Part shown: positions 52,601 through 62,674 of the stretch, piece by piece
How the letters are laid out: every line of letters begins with the position of its first letter
Numbering within the stretch: position 1 is the first letter of the stretch
Source of the DNA: Histomonas meleagridis 2922-C6/04-290x
Lineage: Eukaryota; Protista; Parabasalia
DNA: 64,000 bases
Direction of reading: 5' to 3'
Assembly: GCA_020184695.1 (NCBI GenBank)
Contig: JAANOX010000144.1
Location: forward strand, 186,001-250,000
Position numbers and translations under genes: made by a program
Notes under the pieces: model-generated
What the model was told of the DNA's origin: nothing
Databases searched by the model: none
What the model saw: the letters and a program-made list of their open reading frames with translations, nothing else

Positions 52601-54060
52601 TCGAAATATTCGAAATAATTTCCAAACATGATTTTGAAATATCAAATTATTAAAATAATTATTAAATAAAGTAAATTCATATCTTTGGCATTTATATCTA
52701 TTCCTTTATGTTCAAGAAGTATTTTAGCTATTTCTATATGACCTTTTTCGAATGCAATTATAAGTGCTGTACAAAATAATTTGAATAATCTTCAAACATT
52801 ATGTTGAGTCTAAAAATCATTAAAATTAACACTAACCAAAACAAATTAATATTTTTGACATTAATATCAATTCCTTCTTGTTCAAGAAGTATTTGAACTA
52901 TATTTTTGTGACCATTTCTAGTTGCTATCATAAGTGCTGTATCAAATATTTTAAACATTTTCCAATTATTCTTTTTAAACATAAAGCTTTTAAAATAAAT
53001 ATCATATCAAAATATTAAATATCTTTAGAATTAATATCAATTCTTTTTTACTCAAGAAGTGTTTTGACTAGTTCTAAGTTACCTCTATCAGATGCATATA
53101 AAAGTGCTGTCCAAAATATTTTGAATAATTTCCATATAATATTATGTAACATAGATTTATTAAAATATATTTTAAATAGGATAAATAAATATTAAATAAA
53201 ACAAATAAATATCTTTAATATTAAGATCAATATCATCATGCTCAAGAAGTAATTTAACTATTTCTATATTATCTCTTAAAGTTGCAATCATAAGTACTGT
53301 TTGAATTTTATTAAATAAATACCATATATTGCTTTGAAATATAAAATTATTAAAATATAATTTAAATATAATGAACAAATATCCTTAGAATTAACATCAA
53401 TTCCTTTTTGTTCAAGAAGTATTTTAACTATTCTCTGTCTACCAACTGAAAAAGCTCCTTGAAGTGCTGTTTCAAATATTTTATATAATTTTCATATATT
53501 ATTTAGGAAAGTCAAATATAAAAAACAAATATTAAATAAAACTTATTAATATTTTTTGCATTGATATCGATTCCTTCTTGTTCAAGAAGTAATTTTACTA
53601 TTTCTATATTATCATTCACTGATGCTAACATCAATGCTGTGCAAAATGAATGAAATAATTTCCGTATATTATTTTGAAATAAGAAAAGATAAAAATAAAT
53701 TTTATTTTAAACAAATAAAAATCTTTAGCATTAATATCAATTCCTTCTTGTTCAAGAAGTAATTTAACTATTTCTGTATAACCAAATTTAGATGCTTCCA
53801 TAAGTGCTGTTTTAAATAATTTAGATAATTTTCAAATATTATTTTGTAATATCAAATTAATAAAATAAATATTAAATCAAACAAAAAAAGATCTTTAGCA
53901 TTAATATCAATTCCTTTTTGTTCAAGAAGTATTTTAGCTATTTCTGCATAACCATTTTTAGATGCCAAAATAAAAACTGTTTCAAATGTTTAAAATAATT
54001 TCCAAATATTATTTTGAAATCCAAAATTATTGAAAAAAATTCTATTTAGATTAAAAAAAT
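52601..54060 (-). other. Nine spacers between ankyrin modules (eight of 80 nt, one of 100 nt)
   Basis: 53981-54060, 53811-53890, 53641-53720, 53471-53550, 53301-53380, 53111-53210 (100 nt), 52941-53020, 52771-52850, 52601-52680. Confidence 0.9.
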
Positions 54061-54110
54061 AACTTTAGCATTGATATCAATTATTTCTTGTTCAAGTAAA
54101 AAGTCAAATA

Positions 54111-55437
54111 CCCTGATGTCTTTCCAATTCGCGATTTTTACGACCGTTTATAGTATTCAAAAAATAGTAAACGGCCTAGTGTGGCCACAATGCACAGCAA
54201 TATATTTCCAGGAAAACCCCATAAAGACTACAAAGGCCAATGCTCGACTGTTTTATAACTCAATTTTCCAGAGGATACCCAAGAATTTCTAAGATTGCAC
54301 AAACAAGTAAAATTCCTGATTCCACATTAAGATCCTGGAAAGATAAATTAAAGCATAATCCTGCTTGGAGACCATGGAATAATGATCATGGAAGTGGTCA
54401 TAGGATATTTACAGACATAGAATAACAATCGATTAAGGATTTTATTGTCAGTTGTTCTTTACAACCAGGTTTTGTATTTAAATGAAGACTTCATAATAAT
54501 CGCTATGAATGCATATCTAACAAAATATCAAGATATAACTAATTTTAAAGAAATGAAAGATTTTTTAGTTTCACACCAATTTATCGCAGATTTTAAGAAG
54601 AGAAACCATCTCTCTTCTATGGTTTTACATCTTAAAAGGAGACCAAATGTGACTGATAAAGAAAAATCTAATTGGATCGATACAATACAAAACCTTCTTA
54701 CTTCTGTTGATCATAGTAGAATTGTCAATGTGGATGAAACATGCTGGAAGTGTTTTCCAAATGGTATGGTAACTTGGGCAGAAAAAGGATCTGATGGAAT
54801 ATCGATCAACTTAAATTCTTCACCGAAGGCATCGATAACTGTCCTGGCGAGCATACGTTCAGATGGAAACAAAATTCCCCTTTACTTTATAGCAAAAGGA
54901 AAGACTGATCTTGTAGAAACAACACAAATTAGTGATGTTTCACCTCACATGTCCACCCACTCAGAAAACAGATGGACCACTGAGGAAACGTTTTATGAGT
55001 ATTTACTGTTCCTCCGGCAACACTTCAATGACGAAGATCCTATACATTTGTTACTTGACTCATATAAAGCCCACAAATGTCAATCAATTATCGATTTGGC
55101 AGAAACTCTGAAGATTAAATTATATTTCATACCACCCGGTATGACTGATGAATTTCAACCATTAGATCGAAGGGTCTTCGGGTGTTTGAAGGCTACAGCA
55201 CGTTATCTGTTTCGAAAAGAGTACAATCAAAACAATGAAAAAAAATTTACCAAATTACAAGCAGCACAATGCATGGTTTGGGCATGGGAACACCTGCAAC
55301 CCAATATAATCCAAGAGTCTTGGTCAATCTATGAATAAAACATTTATTCATTAATTTTCTTTCAGACAGAAAGTATTCATATTGAGAGAAACGGTTTTTA
55401 ACGGTCGTAAAAATCGCGAATTGGAAAGACATCAGGG
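54111..55437 (+). mobile_element. pogo/Fot-like Tc1-mariner DNA transposon, 1327 bp
   Basis: Identical 38-bp TIRs CCCTGATGTCTTTCCAATTCGCGATTTTTACGACCGTT (54111-54148 and 55400-55437) and TA TSD (54109-54110 and 55438-55439). Confidence 0.95.
54240..55338 (+). pseudogene. Disrupted DDE_1 (DD35D) transposase
   Basis: HTH segment ISKIAQTSKIPDSTLRSWK, then TAA at 54423-54425 and a frame change near 54480. Catalytic IVNVDET, LLLDSYKAH and FQPLD have 35 residues between the 2nd and 3rd Asp. Confidence 0.85.
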
Positions 55438-56956
55438 TATTTCATAATTCATAAATTTGTTGGTTAAAAATAATTCAATAAGTTTAGTAACAGAATTTTT
55501 AATTTCTAAAACTTTATTATCATAAAGATAATGAAAAACATCATTTCGATGAAATTGAATCGCTGCTTCATATGCATCTTCAAATGATGAATGATTTTGT
55601 TCACATAAATGAATAATTTCTTCATTTCCACCTGCAACTGCATATTTACCTGTTTTACTTACATTTGCACCATTCAATAATAAATATTTAAAACATTCAA
55701 TTGAGCCAAAAAATGCTGCATAATCGATTAATGAAGCATAATTATTAATAAAAGAACATCTTTCATAAAGTGATGGTTTAATTGTTTGTTTAAAATCAAA
55801 ATCACTTTGTGATGATATTTCTTGAAGTTTTTCTATTTCATCATTTCGAATTATTTTTGAGATTTCATTTGGATTAACACCTTCTTTAACATATTTCTTA
55901 TGAAGCTCAAAATCATTTATTTTAAGCTCCTCATAGCTTTCATTGTGATATTTATAAGAGTTGTAAAGATATTGTAAAATATTTGGTTGTTCATTTGCAA
56001 AATGATGCGCAAAATAAAAAGTTTTTTTGTTCTTAACTGAATTCGATGAAATTAAATTCATTTCAATCATTTTTTCAAGAATAAAATATGATTCTTGAGA
56101 GTTAATATCTAAGAGAAAATCTTTAAATCTATTAAATAATTCATTTTCATTTTTGTTTAATTCTTTTTCTTTGATTTCAATTTGTTTTATAAAATCAATA
56201 TACAAATTTAAATCTTTCATTTGTGAAAGAATTGATGAATATATAATTCGACTGAGAATTAAATTTGAATAAGGTGATGTATCATCATTATTCAGCAGTT
56301 TCATGGTTGCACCAACAGATTCGATAATGTTTTCTTCAGTTAAATCAAAAATAATTTTTTCAAGAGATATTAAATATTGCATAAGCTTGGTTGAAGAATA
56401 ATGAAATGATTGTTCAGTATTTGGTTTGCTTTTACTTGAGCTATTTCCCATTTTGGCTGCGACGATTAAAATGCACTGAAAGAACAATTTTGGCAAAAAT
56501 GCCAAATATCATTTACCGATCATATTTTTATCAAAATTGAATGATTTATTTTTGACAATAAATATCGATATTTATCATATAACTAAAGGAAACAGTCAAA
56601 TTAACATAAAATCCTCTCATAACCCAAATTTATATTTAAATAATGAAGAGATATGTATATTCTAATAGTTTGTTATAAATTCAGTGTCAATACTCTGGAT
56701 TCATTAATAAAAAAAATTTTATATAAAAATGATATTTTTTTTAAACTTGATATTTGATAGATGGAATCAGTAAATATAAATAAAACATTGAATTTTTTAT
56801 TTTAAACATCATAAAAATATTGAAATCAGGTTAAACATCTTTGGACATGGTTTTGTATTTTTATTTTTCTAAAATAAAATATGATACAGTAAATTTAAAG
56901 ATTTTAAACAAAAATTATTATAATCCGATTGCAAAAGTGTTTTATTAAAATCTTAA

Positions 56957-57622
56957 ATGAATTGCAACTTTCATTATGCATTAGTTGCATATAATGTTAC
57001 TCCTCTTGCTGAGTATTCACTTCTTTCTGGGAATTACAAGAAAATAGCACTTAAAATTCTTCAAAATGTAAATCCAAAAATTCCTTATTCCATTGTTGAA
57101 CAAGGTGATTTTGTTTTTGCAACTTTCACAGATATAAACAATTTAACATTTCTTTGTCTTTCAGATAAAGGAATTAATCAAGATTTAAGAATTTTATTCC
57201 TCAAAGAGCTACAAAGAGAATGGAATCAAAAATATGGAAATGATGGATACATGTTTACCGAGGATTCAAAAAATCTCGAATTCGGTAATGCTATTATTGC
57301 AGAGTTAATTCATAATTTTAACAATGAAAACTCAAGAAAGTTATCAATGATTAAAGAAAACCTGAATCAAGCACAAGAACAAATGACGCAGAATTTGACA
57401 AATGCTTTTGTTCGTGGTGAACAGCTTAATGTAATGGAAGAGAAAGCTGAAATTCTTAGAGATTCTTCCAGAGCATTCCATAGAGAAGCAGCTAGAGTAA
57501 GAAGGATGCTTTGTTTTGAAAAATATAAGTGGTGTATATTTGGTTCTTTAATAATTGTTGTTCTTATTTTTTTGATTATCTTAACTGCATGTGGTGGATT
57601 CGGTTTCCATAAGTGTAGATAA
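56957..57622 (+). CDS. Longin R-SNARE (VAMP7-like synaptobrevin)
   Basis: N-terminal longin domain, synaptobrevin coil (MTQNLTNAFVRGEQLNVMEEKAEIL) and C-terminal TM. Confidence 0.9.
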   Translation: MNCNFHYALVAYNVTPLAEYSLLSGNYKKIALKILQNVNPKIPYSIVEQGDFVFATFTDINNLTFLCLSDKGINQDLRILFLKELQREWNQKYGNDGYMFTEDSKNLEFGNAIIAELIHNFNNENSRKLSMIKENLNQAQEQMTQNLTNAFVRGEQLNVMEEKAEILRDSSRAFHREAARVRRMLCFEKYKWCIFGSLIIVVLIFLIILTACGGFGFHKCR

Positions 57623-57774
57623 TATTTTATAAATACTTTATAAGAAATTGTTTATTTTACTAATAAAACAATATTTAAAAAATATTTTTTTCTTCTGTTG
57701 AGGATTAAACGGGCACTGATATTAACGGTCGTTTTGGCGTTTTATTGATTCAAATCCATTGGTCAAACGAATCA

Positions 57775-59034
57775 ATGCAAGAAGAAGAGCACACCCAAAC
57801 AGTCACATTCTTTTATCACCCTCATGAACTTTCTTTGAAAGGTAAAAATAGGGCCCACTTTGAAGATGTTCTTTCTCAAAACATTCGTCAATTATTAAAA
57901 GCTGCTGGTGTTCAGAACATCAAAATCGAAAAAATTACTGGACGTCACTTTGTCACTGTTCCAATTGAGTATGAAATGCAACTTGCAGAAGTTTCTCCAC
58001 GAATATTTGGTATTGCAAATTATGGTCATTGTATATCCTGTTCACGAGATGTTGAAGTTCTTAAATCCAAAGTCATTGAAAACGTCAAAGAAATTCTTGA
58101 CAAACATCCCATAAATTCATTTCGTGTTGAAACATCACGTGTAGATAAGCGTTATCCTCTTACATCCCAAGATGTTTCCAAAGAAATAGGGACTGTTGTA
58201 CATGAAGGTCTTAACATTCCTGTTAATCTTACTCAACCTGAGCTCACCATCAAAATTGAGATTCTTAATGACAAATTTGTTTTCTACACTGAACGCCTTC
58301 CAGGTGCCAAAGGTCTTCCAATCCACACCAGCGGTCATGTTGCATGTCTTTTAAGTGGTGGTTTTGACAGTCCAGTTGCTTCATGGCTAATGATGCGTCG
58401 TGGTTGCAGTGTCACATATATTCATTTCCATTCTTCACCTTATGGCGAATGGCGTTCCTCTGTTTCTAAAATCCGGAAAATCGTCCAACAATTATCATTA
58501 TATGGCGGACCAACCAAATTTTATTCCGTAGCCATTGGAGAATCCCAACGAATAATAGCCACGAAAGCTCCTGCGAAATTGCGCATAACGTTATATCGAC
58601 GTTTGATGATGCGTATTGCCAAAGAAATTGCCGAAAAGCATAAATGCTTAGCACTTGCGACAGGCGACAGCCTTGGTCAAGTTGCGTCACAAACCATCGA
58701 AAGTATGACGACTATCCAAAGCGTCATTCAGCCGATGCTTATCATGCGGCCACTTTTAGGCTTCTGCAAAGAAGAAATCATGGAAAGGGCCAAAGAAATC
58801 GGCACGTATGACATAAGCATACTGCCCGGCGGCGATTGCTGCTCGCATATGTTGCCTAAAAACGTGGCAACAAAACCTTCGATGAATAATGCCGAAGAAG
58901 GCGAAAAGAATTTGGACTTGAAGGCAATGGTGGAAAGTGCAATCAACGGCGCACAAATTATTGATATAAACGAGCCTTGGAATGAGGATGAAAATGAAAC
59001 TGGCGCTGCGTGTCCATTCACTTTCCAGGAATGA
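57775..59034 (+). CDS. thiI: tRNA 4-thiouridine synthase / thiamine biosynthesis ThiI
   Basis: ELSLKGKNR, THUMP region (FRVETSRVDKRYPLTS), PP-loop LLSGGFDSPVA, TGDSLGQVASQT, RPLLGFCKEEI and GTYDISILPGGDCC. First ATG at 57775. Confidence 0.93.
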   Translation: MQEEEHTQTVTFFYHPHELSLKGKNRAHFEDVLSQNIRQLLKAAGVQNIKIEKITGRHFVTVPIEYEMQLAEVSPRIFGIANYGHCISCSRDVEVLKSKVIENVKEILDKHPINSFRVETSRVDKRYPLTSQDVSKEIGTVVHEGLNIPVNLTQPELTIKIEILNDKFVFYTERLPGAKGLPIHTSGHVACLLSGGFDSPVASWLMMRRGCSVTYIHFHSSPYGEWRSSVSKIRKIVQQLSLYGGPTKFYSVAIGESQRIIATKAPAKLRITLYRRLMMRIAKEIAEKHKCLALATGDSLGQVASQTIESMTTIQSVIQPMLIMRPLLGFCKEEIMERAKEIGTYDISILPGGDCCSHMLPKNVATKPSMNNAEEGEKNLDLKAMVESAINGAQIIDINEPWNEDENETGAACPFTFQE

Positions 59035-59635
59035 ATGATATAAGTAAATTTGATTGTACTAAATATTACGCAAATTTTCTCTTTGCATTAAAATGAGAAA
59101 TGTTTAATAAGATGTGTCCTATACAATTGTTGTAGTGTGTGTAATATATTACATAATCATTGGCCTATATATCACAAATGTATGCATAACATTACTCAAC
59201 AATGTTAAAATGGTTTCAATGGGACATATAATTATGTTTAATATGTTTTTACTTCGTTATATATAGTTGTACATTAGGGAAATAAATTCCCTTTTCACAA
59301 AGATTATTCTTTTTATTTATAAGCATGTGAAAACTAAAATTGAACCTTATAGAAACATTTAATAAGCATTTATTATTTTTCCTTTGTTTGGTACATGGAT
59401 ACTTATCAGTGCTATGAAGTTGCTTAGGCATCTTACCAACCGAAGAATTGTATCCAATATTTTCAGATTTGGTAAAAAAAAAAAAAAAATTATTTTGACA
59501 TGAAAATTATTTTTGTTTACAGCGAAACAAATGAAATATTAAAATAAATAAATAAATTAATCAGAGGGATTTACCACGTCCTGAAGAGAAATTTTTACCT
59601 TCACTTACCTTGAAATATAGTTTAAAGAAATCCTT

Positions 59636-60162
59636 TTACCACTTTAGTGGTACTAGTTTTTCTTCCTTTTCTTTTTCTTTTATGTAAATTTTTCCAAGTG
59701 TAATAAATGGTTCTTCGACGTTAGTATTACTAAACGCAGATGTTTCGAAAAAATAAGCTCCGAGTTGCTTGGCAAGAGTAGTTCCCTCTTGTGTAGTGAC
59801 TTCTCGATTTTCCTCAAGATCGATTTTGTTCCCACAAATTACAACTTTAAATTTATTTTTACCTTTTGTATCTTTAATTCTATGTAGATTCCTTTTACCG
59901 CTTCAAAAGAAGAGTGATTATCAATAGAATAGCATATAATAAAAAATTCAGCATACTTGATGTTAAAAGGCCCTATTTCAGTTTCACCACCTATATCGGT
60001 GATACTGAATTCAAGGTTTTTTACATTAATTGTTATAGTGCGTTGCATATTATCGCAAATTGTTGGTTCATATATTGATTCAAAGTAACTTCGAACAAAC
60101 CGCATTGTTAATACAGATTTGCCAACAAAGGGTTGCCCAAAAACAGTGATTTTACATTGCAT
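59636..60162 (-). pseudogene. Ras/Rap-family GTPase with a frameshift near 59882 (pseudogene or error)
   Basis: GQPFVGKS, YEPTI and TDIGG in one frame. A shifted frame gives VICGNKIDL, FFETSAFSNTNVEEPF to a stop at 59636. No CaaX. Confidence 0.7.
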
Positions 60163-60743
60163 CAAGCAGTCTGAAACAAAATGCTTTTGGGCTGCCCCAT
60201 TTCGAAAGTTGCCAGTACTCAAAAAATGTCAAGTTGCCAATTGAAATCTGTTTTAATAATATACTAAGAATTCAACGCAATTTGGACTGAAAAAGCCATC
60301 GATCCAAAAAATTTCTAGATACATAAAAATTTTAATATTTCAAAAGAATTTCCACAAAAAGACAACAATACTAATCAACATAACATCAACAGGAACACAT
60401 GAAATTAGAATAATATTACGTAATTGAATCATAAAAAGAAGTTTGTCACAACTTTTTGAATGAATAAATTGCCGATCAGTAAACTTTTTGAGTGCTATGA
60501 TGGGAATGATATCATGTCACAGCTATAGTCTTTTATTTTCTACATATGAAATTTTATCAAAAAGATAACATTCCAAAATTTAATTTAAAATAAAATATGA
60601 TCAATTTATTGAATGAAACAAACTTCTGTTCTTCCATCATTGTTTCCTTCATTGTTATTAGTACCGTCAGTCTTGTTTTGTTTTGGCGGTGGCATTGGTT
60701 TTTGTTTTTGCTTTTCTTGCTTCTGATTTGATTTAAATTTCAT

Positions 60744-61305
60744 TTATAATTCTTTTTCTTTTTCGTTTTCGTCTTTTAGTGGTCCAAAAATTTGTTGAAG
60801 TACATCCAATCCGACTTTATCGAAAACTCCTTGGCAACTTCTTTGATCAAAAAATGTTGCCTCTAAAAATGTGGCATTAAATCGAGTTGCAATTTGGCGT
60901 CCCTCGTCTGGGATTACTTGTGGCGTTTTGTTTTGATTTTTAGTAAATGCAACAACATATTGAAATACATTTGTATCAGTTATATATTGTTGAGAACTAG
61001 ATATAAATTCAATCATTGCTTCATATGTTTCTCTGGATGTTGTTTTGTATAAATATATTATTGCTCTACAACCACGGAAGTACGTAGGGATTATTGTTCC
61101 AAATTTGGAATCTTTCATGAAAGATTAATCCTGTATCCCAAATTTGCATTGCGATCTGCTTGCCACGAATGGTTGCTTTGTATATTTTGAAAGAAACCCC
61201 AATTGTAGATGGAGATTCTGAATCAAATGCTCTAAGTAAAAAGGCTACTTTTTTGGCTTTGCTTGAACCAATAACAATCACTTTGCATGAGGTAGAGTCG
61301 TCCAT
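60744..61305 (-). pseudogene. Divergent Rab-like GTPase split by a frameshift near 61105-61125
   Basis: KVIVIG...TIGVSFK...MQIWDTG in one frame and TIIPTYFRGCRAII...FLEAT in another. The G1 motif is degenerate (GSSKAKK). Confidence 0.65.
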
Positions 61306-61419
61306 TCAACCAATTGGATAAATGATTTCCATTTTAAGCTCAAATGTGCATTGAAAATTTTTTTTGAGAGGGATTTGAGAGTAACCGCATTTTAGGAATG
61401 ACAGTTAAAAAGCATTGAA

Positions 61420-62019
61420 ATGGAGCCTGAAATTAATGAGAAGAAAGAAGTTCAAAATCAACCTCTAGATGTAAACGACATCCCTTTGTGTTTCCGTGTT
61501 TCTTATGTCATAATATTCACTATAGGCGCCGCACCTTGGATGCTCATTTTCGTTCCTATTATCATGATTTGCAAATTTTTCAACACAATTATTCATTGCA
61601 TTTGTCCTGATTCAAAGAGGTGGTGTCCGTGTCCATGTTGTGAAGGAAATTGTATTGATTACTTATGGTTTCGTTTTGGTTGGCAATTTTATAATTGTTG
61701 TCCATCTTGTTGTTACATTACTGCAGAGGAATGTACTTGTTGCGGAAAACCATCGTGTATCTGTCAGACACCATATTTTAGGTGCACGAGTGAAGAATGT
61801 TGTTGTTGCTGTTGCCCTGATCCAACAGAAGATTCGATTGAAAGAGCCAATGCCCGTATGTCTAATCGAAAACCCACAGGTGAATCAGCTGTAACTATTC
61901 CAACTGATCAAAACTATAATAATCCTTATTTCAATGAAGAACAAGCATATGCACAGGGAACTCAGTATTACCCATATGTAAATAATGAAATGGTTGAAGA
62001 CAATTTAGTTCCGAATTAA
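61420..62019 (+). CDS. Cysteine-rich membrane-associated hypothetical protein
   Basis: 199 aa with a hydrophobic segment followed by dense Cys clusters (CPCPCC, CCCCCCP). Confidence 0.65.
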   Translation: MEPEINEKKEVQNQPLDVNDIPLCFRVSYVIIFTIGAAPWMLIFVPIIMICKFFNTIIHCICPDSKRWCPCPCCEGNCIDYLWFRFGWQFYNCCPSCCYITAEECTCCGKPSCICQTPYFRCTSEECCCCCCPDPTEDSIERANARMSNRKPTGESAVTIPTDQNYNNPYFNEEQAYAQGTQYYPYVNNEMVEDNLVPN

Positions 62020-62674
62020 CTTATAAGTAAAATAATGTTAATATTTGCAGATTAAAAAAGTAAAAACAAATAGTGTCGTGATGCGTATTCATAATAACAT
62101 ATGATATGTTTTTCTTTTCGACAATTAATTAAATTCATGGAATATCTCTTGAATCTTTGGGTATTCTTTTGTCCAATTAATGTCATAATTTTTACATGCT
62201 TCATGTTGACACAAGGGATTTAATTATTCTAGAACTCACAATGAAACAATGTTAATGAGAAAGATATTTACAAATTTCTCCGCAAAGTTGAACCAAATGT
62301 TTTGAAGGAGAGTTCTCCTATATCTCTTGATTTCAACTGTACTGGTTCTACTGTTGCTGTTGGTCGTAAACTTCAAAACCATTACGGATTTTGCAGGAAA
62401 ACTAAGTTTGTACTTCTAATTGTTCATATTATTGAATGCTCATAGAAAGTGTAATTTGGAATGATAAAATTATTGAATTTATAATCGAATTAAAAAAAAA
62501 ATATGGATGTTTCATGTCAAATCAAATTATATTGAAGGATTAAATGTATCTGACTGTATAAATGTGTTTGATCAATAAATGCTTTCTTATCCAAGGCAGA
62601 AAAATGCCAAATGCAGTGAAACCGTTTAGTTGATTTCAATTTATATATGGTCGACCAATTTTTGAAGATTTTGG

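Noticed and set aside
53048-53050. TAA at a conserved Gln position, suggesting a TAA=Gln genetic code
   Set aside because: Ordinary genes here (H3, H2A, PEPCK, Rab, cupin) end in TAA. A single C-to-T change in a transposon-disrupted gene explains it.
52601-54060. CAG within ACA-G (Thr codon plus next base) as the universal 3' splice site
   Set aside because: It is present in every module, but using it would delete the conserved Thr, and no phase-compatible conserved GT donor exists.
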